From an uncultured Methanosarcinaceae archaeon (GTDB taxonomy: Archaea; Halobacteriota; Methanosarcinia; Methanosarcinales; Methanosarcinaceae), in the NCBI GenBank assembly GCA_963733675.1, contig CAVTET010000004.1, forward strand, positions 544,001-608,000: 64,000 bases of DNA, read 5' to 3'. The number at the start of each line of letters is the position of its first letter. Within the stretch, counting starts at the first letter, position 1. The notes beneath the pieces are model-generated. The model did not search any database. It was not told the DNA's origin and worked only from the letters and a program-made list of their open reading frames with translations. This document shows positions 20,168 through 31,820 of the stretch, one piece after another. Made by a program: the position numbers and the translations under genes.

Positions 20168-20283
20168 AGGACTTACGCAGCTGAAGGAAAAATTACCCTT
20201 AATAAAGCGCTGTGATTAGTTTGACATTTTAGATGTTTCAAGACTTTTTGAGATCAGTTTTCCATTTCAATTGCGTAATTCCT
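20168..20283. mobile_element. MITE with family B-type ends (AGGACTTACGCA / TGCGTAATTCCT) in the ech upstream region
   Basis: 12-bp TIR with 1 mismatch, 116 bp long, same TIR as 2927-3044. Confidence 0.7.
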
Positions 20284-20754
20284 GGGCAAATAAGAATATG
20301 GACTTAAATAGCCCACAAATTTGAAATAGAATTTCGATGAGCGCCGATTTTCGGTTGGTTGTTCATAAAGTATAAATGTAAGCAATTTGTTGACATCAAG
20401 GATCTATCGAAATTCTCTATCAATTCTTAAATCAAAATTACAAGAAATAATAATAATACGCAACTAGTATCGATATGATACCTACATGTTACAAATATAA
20501 CAAAGGCATATTTAAAGATAGTGATTTTTTTTCTATTTTTATATGATGCTCCCAAAATAGAGTTTTGATTTAAAAATCCATCCTTTTTCTCATCATTATG
20601 ATCGTTACTCTTTTTGTTTTATAAAGATAGATATAAATAATATAAAAATTGACCGCTTTTGTGACAAATGATACTATAATAAGATAGCCCTTTCCAAGAA
20701 CTAGATGTTATCAATAAATGATTGATGTTTAATAATATCCAAATAGCATAATTT

Positions 20755-22440
20755 TCGATAACTAGCACTCAGTTGGAGACTAAGTGGCTTGTTGGTTCAT
20801 TTATTCTCTTTGAGAACAAGTCCCCAAGTACATCCCCCGCATTCCATGAGTGTCAGATTCCAATTAGGTTTTGATCAATGAAAACTAATTTTTAGATATT
20901 AATTGCAGCATTAAATTGCAGCATTAACATCTCTATCATGTTTTGTCTTGCAATCAGGACATTTCTTATTCTCTATCTTTTAGTGTTAGCTCAGAGTTAT
21001 GATATCCACAAACACGACAGATCCTAGATGACGACTCAAATTCATCTATCATGAGAATGTTTTTTCCGGACTATTCTGAGTTATATTCCAATTTTGTTAC
21101 AAAACTACTCCACGCCGAATCACATATAGCCTGTGCTAAATTATAATTCGTAATCATGCATTTAATATTCAGAGTTCAACAGCTATTGCTTGGTTTTCGC
21201 TAACAGGTTTAAAAAAGAGAGTTTGTGTTGAAAATTATTTCTCTAATTTGTTATTTTTTCATGAAGTACAGAAAGTTTTTGTTTGGCTTTTTCTCTGTTT
21301 TCAGAACCGTCTGTTTTCGACTAACTCTTTTTTAGAGTACTTTAAGTCTCTTCAAAGAGTTTTTAAAGTACTTAGAATTTTCAACTTTTTCACTAGTTGA
21401 CATCAAGGTAAAATCTGTTATCTCAACGTCTACACTAATAGTCTTAGATTCAGAAAATACTTGTTTAACTGGAATTTATGTTACATCTTCCGCTATGAAT
21501 GTTGATAGAGTACTTTCCTATGCAAGACATCAAAATCTTAGCGGTTTTTAATTCACCTTCAAATGTTTTGTGAAGAACTGCTTTGATTTTCCCAATCTAA
21601 GGAAGCTTTAACAGTATTATTTTCAAAATCCAAATTGTAGTGTTGTAGTATCGATAATACTGAATTGGATTCTTCTGTGATTGATACTTAGAAAACCATT
21701 TTATTCTCTAAAAAATCTAGCGAATTCATATTCTACCTTTTAATCATACCCTGAAGTAATTGGGAATTTGCCTCCCCAAAAAAACTGAGTTCGCTTTTGT
21801 AGAGTCTGAATTTATTTTGTAAGTCAAACATAGAAATTAACTGCTTGATTTGCACATTTGTTTTTACTTTCTGATCAAGCGCCTAATTATAGATAACCAT
21901 ACAACTACAATATATTTATTAAGCTGATTAAATTGATCAATTTTTGGATATAGCCTAAAATAGAGTGGTTTTATGATAAAACACTTAAAACTCTTTATCA
22001 ATAGATTTACTGTTTGGTAAATAGAGAATATGAACGTAGAATCATAGCAAATTTTTGTTAATGCATCACATTATCTCTGTGTGAAAATATCGAAAAAAGA
22101 TACTAGAACAGATTTAAAAAACTTAGACATATAGTTCGACATTGAAAAGGAGGGCCGTTTTGGAATACCAAAAATTGAAACTGACAAAGCCCACATACAT
22201 TTAGTCATTCAGAGAAAGCCAACAGTCTACACATTGCGATCATTCGAAAACTGAAACACGAAGTGTATTCGAAAAAATACTATTGAAAAGAACATACACT
22301 GTAAAAGTACTGGATATTTCACATTTTCTATACGCAATTTTAGGAAAGAAGTAGCCAAAAATTACATACTGAATCAGGTTAAAGTTGACGTTTACATCCA
22401 CTTTTTGAAGACCCACTGATTTTACGCTTTGTCCTATGAA
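20755..22440. mobile_element. Decayed IS200/IS605 element: tnpB pseudogene (minus, ~20820-21900) and divergent tnpA pseudogene (plus, ~21930-22390)
   Basis: Minus strand fragments DSAWSSFVTKLEY, CRVCGYHNSELTLKDRE, CPDCKTKHDRDVNAA (TnpB zinc finger/RuvC); plus strand ETDKAHIHLVI (HUH); many stops. Confidence 0.85.
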
Positions 22441-23023
22441 TATGAATATTTACAAAAGCAATTAATTTAACATTAAAATTATGAAGTTATCCTCTTCAAG
22501 TACTCTCAAAGTTTTCTTTTTCCATAAGTTCGATTATTCCACTAATCAATCTTATAAATGGATTAAGGGAAAATTTTTCAGTCTTAACAATTTTTCCATC
22601 CTGAAGTTCTCCCTTTTGAGATCCTGTTTCATCGTCTTACGTCTCATCATTTGCAGAGAATTTCGATAAGCTTCTTATTTTCACGCGTCACTTAATATAC
22701 CAGTTATAAGTATATGACAAATTATTAGGATTTATCAAAATCATCTGTAGCAAGATACCATATAATTCTGGTACTTTCCTAGCCAGAACAATAATTGAAT
22801 TTAAATAAATTCGTTATGTCCAGATAGTGGTACGAACCTACACAGATGTTTGCACCTGGGTGTTCCATCGTGAATGCTATTTGAGCTTGTTATTTGAAGA
22901 TTCTATATTTGCTTTTAGCAAATAAATAATACAACAATTTACTAAAAATGAGAATAATTTTTGGTAATGTTAACAGAATAAATTTTAAAAAATGAAAAAA
23001 AATTGACTAAAGAAAAAAGAAGA

Positions 23024-23220
23024 TGGGGCTGGTGAGATTCGAACTCACGATCGACGGGTCTCTCCGAACAGCTAACTCTAACAGTTTTGGTTCTGGTTAG
23101 CAACTATCAGTGCTCCAACGGTTCCTCATTGTGTTTCTCCGTCGAGAAAAACTCAGTAGACCCGTTGTTCATCATTTATCCGCTGGAGCCCATCGCCATG
23201 CCGGACTAGGCCACAGCCCC
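23024..23220 (-). tRNA. tRNA-Trp (CCA) with a 123-nt intron at 37/38
   Basis: 5' exon GGGGCTG...GGGCTCCAG, 3' exon ACCCGTCG...GTTCGAATCTCACCAGCCCCA; intron 23060-23182. Confidence 0.96.
23060..23182 (-). ncRNA. Intron-encoded box C/D guide sRNA of pre-tRNA-Trp
   Basis: Box C ATGATGA, D' CTGA, C' ATGAGGA, D CTGA; guides ACGGGTCT and TTGGAGC are complementary to the tRNA positions 39 and 34 regions, as established for euryarchaeal tRNA-Trp introns. Confidence 0.9.
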
Positions 23221-23612
23221 TTGACAAGAATATTGAGATATTCGTTCTCTTTTAAATAGTTGACGGCAAAAAATAAGTTTTTACGGAACGTGATTCTTAT
23301 TTCATGAGCTTTTTTTCCTTAAAAACATTCCGATAATAGATCAGTTCTTAAGATCACCTATCTTATCAAGCGTAGTACTGCCTAATAAAATTATTTAAAT
23401 TAGATCATTTTTAAACACACAGAAGAATTTAAATAAATTCCTAAATTTTGTCATATGCTTACGAATTTTATAGAAATGACTTGAAGAAAGCAGAGGTTTA
23501 TCTAGATCCTCAATAATCTAGATTTTTATAAGTCCTATATTATATTGTGAGGTCAGCCTGAAATAAATCAAACAATAGTTTTTAGTAGGTTTCCGCACAA
23601 AATTACTTTGTT

Positions 23613-24749
23613 ATGAAAGCTGTGTGCATCTGTATGGGGGTACATCTGCCTTACAGTCCGAAGTGGTACTGGCCTGTAGAGGGTTTTTATGGAGTGCCCG
23701 AAATGGACCGTTATTTTGACAGAGAAAATATTTTCTCTAAATTTTTAAAAACAAGTCGACAATTTTTGCACCTTAATAATATAATTATGGAATCCGTTGA
23801 AAAGGGAGGAAGATATTCCTTTGATCTATCTGGTCCTTTCCTCGAACAATGCAGATGGGATCATGAACTCCTAGAGTCTTTTCACGAACTCCAAGAAAGC
23901 GGAAGCGTGGAATTTACAGGAAGCTGCAATTACCATTCACTTAGTTCCCTATACCCTGACCTATCTTGGTTTCATGAGGAAATCAGCATCTACAGAGAGA
24001 TTATCAGGGAACTGTTAGGTGTTACTCCCAAAACTTTCGTGAATACCGAACTTCTATACACGGAAAGAGCAGGAGGTATTCTCGCAGAGGCGGGGTTCGG
24101 ATGCTTAATTGCCGAAGGGTCAAGAAACCTCATAAAAGAATTTGATCCGGTAAATGTCTTCCAAAACCACCTTCCGACTCTCTTAAGACATATAAACCTT
24201 AGCGAAGACCTTGAACTACGTTTTTTGGAAAAAGACTTTGAAGGATACCATCTTATCCCTAAAAAGTTCGCAGACTGGATCAAAAGCATGGAAGGTGATG
24301 TCCTGACCCTTTATTTTAACTATACAAATCTCTGTGTTCACCACAGGAATGAGAATACAGTAGCCGATTTTATCCGGAATTTCCCCAGCGCTCTCAAAAT
24401 CAGAGACATTGAAATGCTCACACCGTCTGAAGCTGTGAAGAAATTCTCACATTCAAGTCTCCAAACACTTGGAACTGAGCAAACAATCCGTTATGGAATG
24501 CATAATGCAATAGGAAATAATGCACAGCAAATTTACATGCAAGAACTTTTAAGAATTGGAGAGGAGCTTTCAGAGCTTAAGGGAAGTAAAGATTACTGGA
24601 AACTGAAGCAGATATTTGGCTATCTTCAGCAGAGTGAAATATTTTTTTCCATGAATTCTGGAAGTATTAGGGAAGGTTATGAGAGAGCTGTGAATTATTT
24701 TTCTATCTTGTCTGACTTCAGGAGAGCTGTCCTGGAGGAAGCAAAATGA
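23613..24749 (+). CDS. Glycoside hydrolase family 57 protein (degenerate active site)
   Basis: Paralog of the next gene: YHSLSSL, NTELLY, LSEDL; HLP in place of HQP. Confidence 0.88.
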   Translation: MKAVCICMGVHLPYSPKWYWPVEGFYGVPEMDRYFDRENIFSKFLKTSRQFLHLNNIIMESVEKGGRYSFDLSGPFLEQCRWDHELLESFHELQESGSVEFTGSCNYHSLSSLYPDLSWFHEEISIYREIIRELLGVTPKTFVNTELLYTERAGGILAEAGFGCLIAEGSRNLIKEFDPVNVFQNHLPTLLRHINLSEDLELRFLEKDFEGYHLIPKKFADWIKSMEGDVLTLYFNYTNLCVHHRNENTVADFIRNFPSALKIRDIEMLTPSEAVKKFSHSSLQTLGTEQTIRYGMHNAIGNNAQQIYMQELLRIGEELSELKGSKDYWKLKQIFGYLQQSEIFFSMNSGSIREGYERAVNYFSILSDFRRAVLEEAK

Positions 24750-25942
24750 CATCTGTTTGCATATATTTTCAGGTGCATCAGCCATTTAGGTTGCGTAAGT
24801 TCTGGCCCGACAAAAGATCTGGCTTTTACCGTTATTTTGACGAGAAAGGAAACCGGGAAATCTTTGAAAGGGTAGCAAGAAAGTGCTATATCCCTGCAAA
24901 CAAAGTCCTTCTGAATTCTATTGATGAGCACGAAGGAAAGTTTAGATTTTCCCTTTCTGTTACTGGTACACTGCTAAAACAATGTGAATTATGGGGAACA
25001 GAAGTTCTAGAGGGCTTCCGACAAATGGCAGAAACAAAAGCTGTGGAATTCTTGGACGAAACTTATTATCATTCCCTTTCAAGTCTTTTTGAAAAAAAAG
25101 CCGAATTCATCGAAGAAATAAAGGAACATAGAGAACTGATGTCTACCCTCCTGGGGGTTGAACCTAAGGTATTTCGAAACACTGAACTGCTCTACAATAA
25201 TTCAATTGCAAAAATTGCTTTTGATTTGGGTTACAAGGCAATACTTACTGAAGGCGCAGATCACCTGCTTGAAGGTAGATCCTCTAACTTACTTTACAGA
25301 GCAAAAAATTTAAGTCTCCCAATCATCCTCAGGAACTACAAGCTGAGTGATGATATAGGATACCGTTTTTCAGCAAGGTGGTGGGAAGGCTATCCTTTGA
25401 CTGCGGAAAAATGGGCTTCTTGGATTTCAGGAATCAAAGAGGACTGCGTTAACATCTTTATTGACTATGAAACCTTTGGAGAACACCAGTGGGAAGAAAC
25501 CGGAATTTTTACCTTTCTGCGAGAACTGCCTGGAGAAGTTCTCAAGAAGCACCTTAATTTCAGCACTCCTTTTGAGATTGTCGAGAAATACTCACCTGTA
25601 GCTGAGATAGATGTAGGGGATTTCTCCACTATTTCCTGGGCTGATATGGAACGTGACACCAGTGCATGGCTTGGAAACGATATGCAAAGACGTTGTTTTG
25701 AGGAAATTAAGTTGCTTGAACCTTTTGTAAGAAAAACAGGAGACTCTGAGATTCTACGTATATGGAAGCATCTGCTAACTTCGGATCATTATTATTATAT
25801 GTGCACTAAATGGCTTGGGGATGGGGATGTACACTCTTATTTCAGTGTTTATTCTACACCCTTCGATGCAGCAGTCAATTTCATGGCAGTACTCATGGAT
25901 TTCAAAGCCCATGTATTCAGGAAACTTAGAGAGATAGCTTAA
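24746..25942 (+). CDS. GH57 alpha-amylase-like protein
   Basis: HQP, FRNTELLY, DYETFGEHQW, SWAD, TSDH motifs; ATGA overlap with the upstream gene. Confidence 0.94.
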   Translation: MTSVCIYFQVHQPFRLRKFWPDKRSGFYRYFDEKGNREIFERVARKCYIPANKVLLNSIDEHEGKFRFSLSVTGTLLKQCELWGTEVLEGFRQMAETKAVEFLDETYYHSLSSLFEKKAEFIEEIKEHRELMSTLLGVEPKVFRNTELLYNNSIAKIAFDLGYKAILTEGADHLLEGRSSNLLYRAKNLSLPIILRNYKLSDDIGYRFSARWWEGYPLTAEKWASWISGIKEDCVNIFIDYETFGEHQWEETGIFTFLRELPGEVLKKHLNFSTPFEIVEKYSPVAEIDVGDFSTISWADMERDTSAWLGNDMQRRCFEEIKLLEPFVRKTGDSEILRIWKHLLTSDHYYYMCTKWLGDGDVHSYFSVYSTPFDAAVNFMAVLMDFKAHVFRKLREIA

Positions 25943-25972
25943 TTTAATTTTACGCATACAAATCATAGGAGT

Positions 25973-26785
25973 TTGAGTAATATGGTCAAAGATTTATTCA
26001 TGTTTGCAGGCTTCAATGAAAATTCACAGATTGTATGGTTTAAAATTATTTATTCTAAAAAGCCTGGATCTTTATCCTTAATAACTGATTTTATTGAAAA
26101 AGAAAATGCATTCATTATGTTTGGTCATCTGGATAATATTACACAAAAATCGGGAGAATATTTGATATATACTGAACTTAATGAAAATATTAATCCTGAG
26201 GATCTTGCTCAAAGAATAGAAAGTATTGAAGTTGTAAGCGAAGTAGATTACGGAATTTCAAGATATGGGATGATTTATTCCGTAGACTTTCCTCTTAATG
26301 TAATAGGAGTCAGAGGAGTCATGGCAAGAGCACTCACGATTGTTGATATCATTAAAACTCTCAACCAAAGTGTGCCGCATGCAGAGGGACTTCTTACCGT
26401 TTCAGGCCTTAAAGGAGGAATTCACGCAGCAAAATACTTCAAGAGTATCATGCCTATTAATGACAGTAATTACGCAAGCGTTCTTGCGGAGCTCTACAGA
26501 GCTGTAGGGTGGGGAATCTTGGAAATTGAATGTGATCCAAAGACTTACGAAGGAAAAATCATTGTGAAAGACTCGTTTATAGCCGACGTTTATGGATCTG
26601 CTGACCAGCCTGTTTGTGCCTTTATGAGCGGCTACTTTGCAGGTTACCTGACCGATTATTTCGGGAAAAATATCAGTGTAAGGGAGATTAGCTGTAAAGT
26701 CACCGGAAAGAAGGTATGTGAACATGTAATTTCTTTAGCGCCCTCCAGCTTAAGCCAGGAATACGCTAAGGGGGACACACAGTGA
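25973..26785 (+). CDS. ACT-like + V4R domain protein
   Basis: KPGSLSLIT ACT-like start; GWG, PVC..SGYFAG, REISCKVTGKKVCEH V4R signature. Confidence 0.85.
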   Translation: MSNMVKDLFMFAGFNENSQIVWFKIIYSKKPGSLSLITDFIEKENAFIMFGHLDNITQKSGEYLIYTELNENINPEDLAQRIESIEVVSEVDYGISRYGMIYSVDFPLNVIGVRGVMARALTIVDIIKTLNQSVPHAEGLLTVSGLKGGIHAAKYFKSIMPINDSNYASVLAELYRAVGWGILEIECDPKTYEGKIIVKDSFIADVYGSADQPVCAFMSGYFAGYLTDYFGKNISVREISCKVTGKKVCEHVISLAPSSLSQEYAKGDTQ

Positions 26786-28803
26786 TCCGGCAACCTAATG
26801 TCATTCTAGGAAATGACGGACTGCTTGTGACAATGGGAAGAAAAGGAGATATATTGGGCTTATTTTACCCCCGCAGAGATCATGCTCAGCATGTAGAAGA
26901 ATCCCTTGCCTGCATCCACACAGGGGAAAAACTTCTCTGGACAAATGATAATGAATGGCATAGCATTCAGAACTATATCGAAGACACTAACATCGTATCC
27001 ACAAAACTTTACCATGACTCAGGAATTCGTATTTCGATTCTTGACCTTGTGCACTCAGAAGTACCTGTTCTCATCCGCAGGTTCAAGGTGCAGTCCCAGA
27101 AAAAAATTTCCGGGAAATTTTTTTACTACTCTAATTTCAATGTAGGAGAAACATCTAAAAAAAATTCTGGTTTTTGTGATATAGATGCTCGCTTGCTAGT
27201 ACAGTACTGGCAGAATTATTATATCGGGCTTCATTCCTTGCCCGAATTTACTGAATGGCAGATCGGAAAGGCAATGGACACCATATGGTGGACTAATTCC
27301 AAGTATGATATGGAAGATGGAAAACTCCAGCGAAATAAAGAAGATATTGGAAATATTAATAATGCTGCTGGCTGGGATCTGGAACTGGAAGCTAACGGAG
27401 CAAATGAATTTGTTATTCTGATAGGGGCTGCATCTTCCCGGAGCCTTCTTTACAAGAGAATGCATGAGCTTTCCAAAATGTCTCTGGAATACATTTTCGA
27501 AAAGACTCGAGAATACTGGGTTATGTGGCTCTCTAAAAAAAAGGTGCTAAAAATGCCAGGGCTCGGAGGACACGAGAACTTGCGCCAGGAACTGTTCAGC
27601 GCATACAACAGATCTCTTCTCATGCTTGACTTACTTCAAGACCGCGAACATGGATCTTTTGTGGCCGCTCCTGAGTTTGACTCGAATTTTGAGAAATGTG
27701 GAGGATACGGCTTTTGTTGGAACAGAGATACTGCCGAAATTGTACTTGCACTCAAACATTCAGGATATCCTGAGTATTGTGACATGTTTTTCAAATGGTC
27801 TATTCGGACCCAACTCCCGAATGGTTCCTGGTTTCAACGCTATTGGCTTAATGGGGATACAGCTCCCTCTTGGGGCAATTTTGATTACTCGACTCAAATA
27901 GACGAAACAGGGTCGACTCTCTATGCCATGGATGTGTATTACAGAATCCTCGAAGGTCTTAAAAAAATTGAATTTTTGGACGAAGTATGGGTTTCAGTAC
28001 TCAGAGCTGCCGAATATCTGATGAAGAAAACAAAGTCTGGGATTCATGAGAGTTGTATGGATCTATGGGAAACTTATTATGGAATTTTCACATACACAAA
28101 TGCTGCAATCTACGCTGGGCTTATGGGCGCGTCGAATCTAGCCGAAGAAAATGAGGAATCTGGTATGGCTAAGCGTTGGAAGAAAAGAGCGGAATTCATC
28201 AAGAAAGCTACAATTGATCGTCTATGGCTTCAAGAAGGCTACTTTGCAAAAGGAATCATCAACGATAAATTGGATAAAACCGTTGATGCAAGCATCCTGA
28301 GCTCTTATATCCCCTTTGGGATGCTGTCTCCAAAGGACCCTATAGAAAAGGATATGATCCTGTTTATGATAGAAAATATCAAGAAAAAACTCTCAGTGCC
28401 CATTAATAAAAGTTACGGGATCAAGAGATATGAAAACGACAGTTACATTGATGGAAACCCATGGATAGTAACCACTCTCTGGCTTTCGGAAGCGATGCTT
28501 GCCCTTGCCCTTGATATTCCTTCTGAAAAAGCCATTTTTTCCCCCACTCACGACGTTCCCTCTGAAAAAGAAAAGAGCGATATAGAAAACGTGGAAGATC
28601 TGACAAATGAAGGAATTAAATGCCTTAAATGGGCCCTTGCAGGTGCAACCAGTACAGGACTTCTCCCGGAGCAGGTTGATAAGTCGACAGGCAAACCTGC
28701 CTGGGCAATTCCTTTAGGATGGAGTGGATCCCTAATGATTGACAATATCTTACTTCTAGACAAGATATGTGTGAGAAAAGCAGGAAATACAGAAAAAAGC
28801 TAA
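26782..28803 (+). CDS. GH15 glucoamylase-like glycoside hydrolase
   Basis: YGFCWNRD, QIDETGS, DLWE, LLPEQVD..PLGWS. Confidence 0.93.
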   Translation: MIRQPNVILGNDGLLVTMGRKGDILGLFYPRRDHAQHVEESLACIHTGEKLLWTNDNEWHSIQNYIEDTNIVSTKLYHDSGIRISILDLVHSEVPVLIRRFKVQSQKKISGKFFYYSNFNVGETSKKNSGFCDIDARLLVQYWQNYYIGLHSLPEFTEWQIGKAMDTIWWTNSKYDMEDGKLQRNKEDIGNINNAAGWDLELEANGANEFVILIGAASSRSLLYKRMHELSKMSLEYIFEKTREYWVMWLSKKKVLKMPGLGGHENLRQELFSAYNRSLLMLDLLQDREHGSFVAAPEFDSNFEKCGGYGFCWNRDTAEIVLALKHSGYPEYCDMFFKWSIRTQLPNGSWFQRYWLNGDTAPSWGNFDYSTQIDETGSTLYAMDVYYRILEGLKKIEFLDEVWVSVLRAAEYLMKKTKSGIHESCMDLWETYYGIFTYTNAAIYAGLMGASNLAEENEESGMAKRWKKRAEFIKKATIDRLWLQEGYFAKGIINDKLDKTVDASILSSYIPFGMLSPKDPIEKDMILFMIENIKKKLSVPINKSYGIKRYENDSYIDGNPWIVTTLWLSEAMLALALDIPSEKAIFSPTHDVPSEKEKSDIENVEDLTNEGIKCLKWALAGATSTGLLPEQVDKSTGKPAWAIPLGWSGSLMIDNILLLDKICVRKAGNTEKS

Positions 28804-29402
28804 AGAAAAAAACTAATTTGATACTCAGAGTTTTGGTGGCGCATCCCGCTGCAAACACCTGGGTAGGTTCGTGTCACTGCTCTGGACATAAAGACATTAT
28901 TCAAATTCAATTATTGTTCCAGCAAGGAAATTACCAGAATTATGTGACATCTTATTACAAATAAAATATATATGAAGATGAAATAGGTGTTGAACGAGAA
29001 AAATCAGAAGAGGAAGATTATTGAGATTGAAGAATCCTCAGTTAACACACTTATAAAAACAATTAAATAAATAATCACAATTGTGAAAACATATATGGCG
29101 AGAGTACTTGAGAAACTAGTTTAATCACGTAATGCTATTTTAAATAAAAATATTGAGACATTTAAAGAGCAATAATATCAAATAGCGCCTCAAGAATTAG
29201 TGCCATACATATTCAATTTCCTTTTTCACGACTCAATAGCCATCTTTGTAAAGATTCGATGAGCAAATTTTGGTGGCCTGAATTTATTCAACTGCTAGCT
29301 ATATATAATTGTTATATATTTACATCAGTTAGTAATCAGAAGTATATTTCGCATCAGAATAGATATCTCCAGCGGATTGTCGGTAGACTGAATAGTTATT
29401 CT

Positions 29403-30581
29403 TCATATTTTTTTTTCGAAAAAGGCCTCCAATCTATCCATACCTTCTTTTATATTTTCAATGCTATTGGAATAGGAAAAACGCAGATATCCCTCTGCTC
29501 CGTTACCAAAGTCAATACCAGGAGTCACTGCAACGCCTACATCATTAAGAATACTGCGGCTTAATTCCAGAGAGTCGTTGCTGTATTTGCGAGCATCTGC
29601 AAGAACATAGAAAGCTCCAGTTGGCTCTTTGCGGACATCTAGTCCCATACCTAGAAGCCTCTTGAGCATATATTGGCGGCGTATATTATAGATCTGTATC
29701 ATATCAGTAACATGTTCCTGGGAACCTTGCAAGGCTGAAACTCCTGCTTCCTGGACAAAGGCATTGGCGCAGATAAAAAAATTCTGATGAATTTTCTGAA
29801 TCGTACGAACACATTCAGGTGGGCAGATAATGTAGCCGAGCCTCCAGCCAGTCATTGCATATAATTTAGAAAAGCCGTTAATGACAAAGGTATTGTTCGT
29901 ATATTCCAGGATAGTATGCTCTTCTCCACTGTAGATCAAACCCTGATAAATTTCATCTGAAACTATTGGAACTCCTCTTTCGTCAGCTACCGCAGCAAGG
30001 CCTTTCAAGTTTTCAGAAGACATTACATACCCACCAGGATTTGAAGGACTGTTGATGAGAATGGCCTTTGTATTGGGACTAACGTACTGCTCTACTGTTT
30101 CCGGCTCGAGGGTAAAGCCATTAGCATCATTCGTGTAGACATAGACAGGAACTCCTCCGAGGTATTTCACAAAATTTGGATAGCAGGCGTAGTGTGGGTT
30201 TGACATAATTACTTCGTCCAGTTTTTCTAGCAGAGCCATAAAAAGTAACAGGAGACCAGGGCTTGTCCCTGAAGTTACAATGACCTGATTTGGACTCAGG
30301 TCAATTCCAAATTTATGATAGTAAGAGTTAACTATTGCCTCCCTAAGAGGAAGAAATCCCTGGCTATGAGTGTACTTTGTAGATCCTCGAACAATAGCAT
30401 CATATGCAGCTTCACAGATATGAGGAGCAGTAGGGAAATCTGGCTCACCGACCTCTAGATGAATAATATTTCTACCCTCAGCTTCCATAGCCTGGGCACT
30501 TTCCAGCACTTCCATCACATAGAAGGGAGGTATATCGTCAGATTTTTTAGATAGGATGTATTCGGAGTTTATCGAGAGCAT
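29403..30581 (-). CDS. PLP-dependent aminotransferase class I/II (aspartate aminotransferase-like)
   Basis: GEPDF, NSPSNPGG, SDEIY, FSKLYAMTGWRLG; start moved to ATG 30581. Confidence 0.95.
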   Translation of the reverse strand: MLSINSEYILSKKSDDIPPFYVMEVLESAQAMEAEGRNIIHLEVGEPDFPTAPHICEAAYDAIVRGSTKYTHSQGFLPLREAIVNSYYHKFGIDLSPNQVIVTSGTSPGLLLLFMALLEKLDEVIMSNPHYACYPNFVKYLGGVPVYVYTNDANGFTLEPETVEQYVSPNTKAILINSPSNPGGYVMSSENLKGLAAVADERGVPIVSDEIYQGLIYSGEEHTILEYTNNTFVINGFSKLYAMTGWRLGYIICPPECVRTIQKIHQNFFICANAFVQEAGVSALQGSQEHVTDMIQIYNIRRQYMLKRLLGMGLDVRKEPTGAFYVLADARKYSNDSLELSRSILNDVGVAVTPGIDFGNGAEGYLRFSYSNSIENIKEGMDRLEAFFEKKI

Positions 30582-30682
30582 AGAAGACCTTCTGAAAAGC
30601 AAACATTTTGAAAAGAACTGATGTAGAAGCAAGTAACTTCGCTGAAGCTATATCTGAAAATTCGTATGCTTTCAATATTTAA

Positions 30683-30772
30683 GAGGATTTCGATAAATGC
30701 CTAAATTTCATCTTACGCTTATATAATAGTATATAAAAGACTCGAGAAAATCGTAGATTTATCGAAATCCTC
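30683..30772. mobile_element. MITE family C (90 bp, IS5-type TIR GAGGATTTCGATAAA), TTAA target duplication
   Basis: Perfect TIRs, TTAA on both flanks. Confidence 0.85.
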
Positions 30773-30803
30773 TTAAATATTCTATGGGAAAGAAATTTAG
30801 AAT

Positions 30804-31820
30804 CAGTCAACTACAAACGCCAAAGCTGTAGGGCTTGCAGTCTCCTCGGAGTTAACATTTAAATTCAGTAGACTCAAAGGATAATCTCAGTCTAGTTGAT
30901 CTGTTTACAATACCTCTATAGGTTCTCAGTTCCAGAATCAAATCATCGACTACTTTTCGGAGTATATTAATCGTTCCATTAATATCAGCATTGATTAACT
31001 GATATACATAAATTTTTGACTGTTTATATTTTAATTCCTCGTGATCTACATATTCAGATTTTTAAATCTGATCTATGTCAGAGAATCCACTTGATTTTTA
31101 TATGCTTCATCTACAAGTTGATACTTAATACAATGAAAGAAACATTTGCTTTCTAACATACATTTGAATGTACCAAATGGAATCGGCACAAAGTTTCGAT
31201 TATTACGTTTAATGTGACTGATTCCTTGTTTAATTCCGGTTAATTCTCAGATAAGAACATTGCCTAAATTATTTTCGAGATAGTGTTTAACCAGATAGTT
31301 GACTAACAAGTTCACGAATTCAGTAATTCTATTAAATCATCCGGTTAACATCCTTATTTGACGGTAGTTACATCTTTATTTTTCTGTAAATCTTTGATAC
31401 TCCGTAATCTAGCATTTTCCTTGTGATACCATTGGTTGAGAATTTATATATTTGCCACAAACGATTTAACCAGTTCCATCGGTATCGACACTACGTCCCA
31501 TTTCTTCGAGTAGATTTCCGTAAGTATATATTTTTGTGTCAGCTTCCGGAGCAAAATCAAAAAATTATGATGCATTGATAAAAAGAGCATTAAAAAACAT
31601 CCTCAGGGAATGATTGAGGTATTAAGAAACAGAAGGACTAGATAAAAAAATATTTGAAAAAACACTATTGTAAAGAACATACACTATAGATTGATGGATA
31701 TTTAGCATCTTCTATCGGCAAGGTTAGAAAAGAAGCAGCCGAAAATTGCGTACTGAACCAGGGTTGAAGTTGACGGTACATCTACTGGACTGAAGACCCC
31801 AGGTTTTACGCTTTGTCCTT
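30804..31820. mobile_element. Decayed IS200/IS605 element (tnpB remnant minus, tnpA 3' remnant plus)
   Basis: INADINGTINILRKV and FVPIPFG TnpB fragments; end motif gtcaactac...gggcttg; 31650-31820 colinear with 22270-22440. Confidence 0.75.

Noticed and set aside
20820-21900. Functional TnpB/omegaRNA nuclease system
   Set aside because: Multiple stops and frameshifts; only a fossil
23060-23182. C/D guide in the tRNA intron as a novelty
   Set aside because: Well-established feature of euryarchaeal tRNA-Trp
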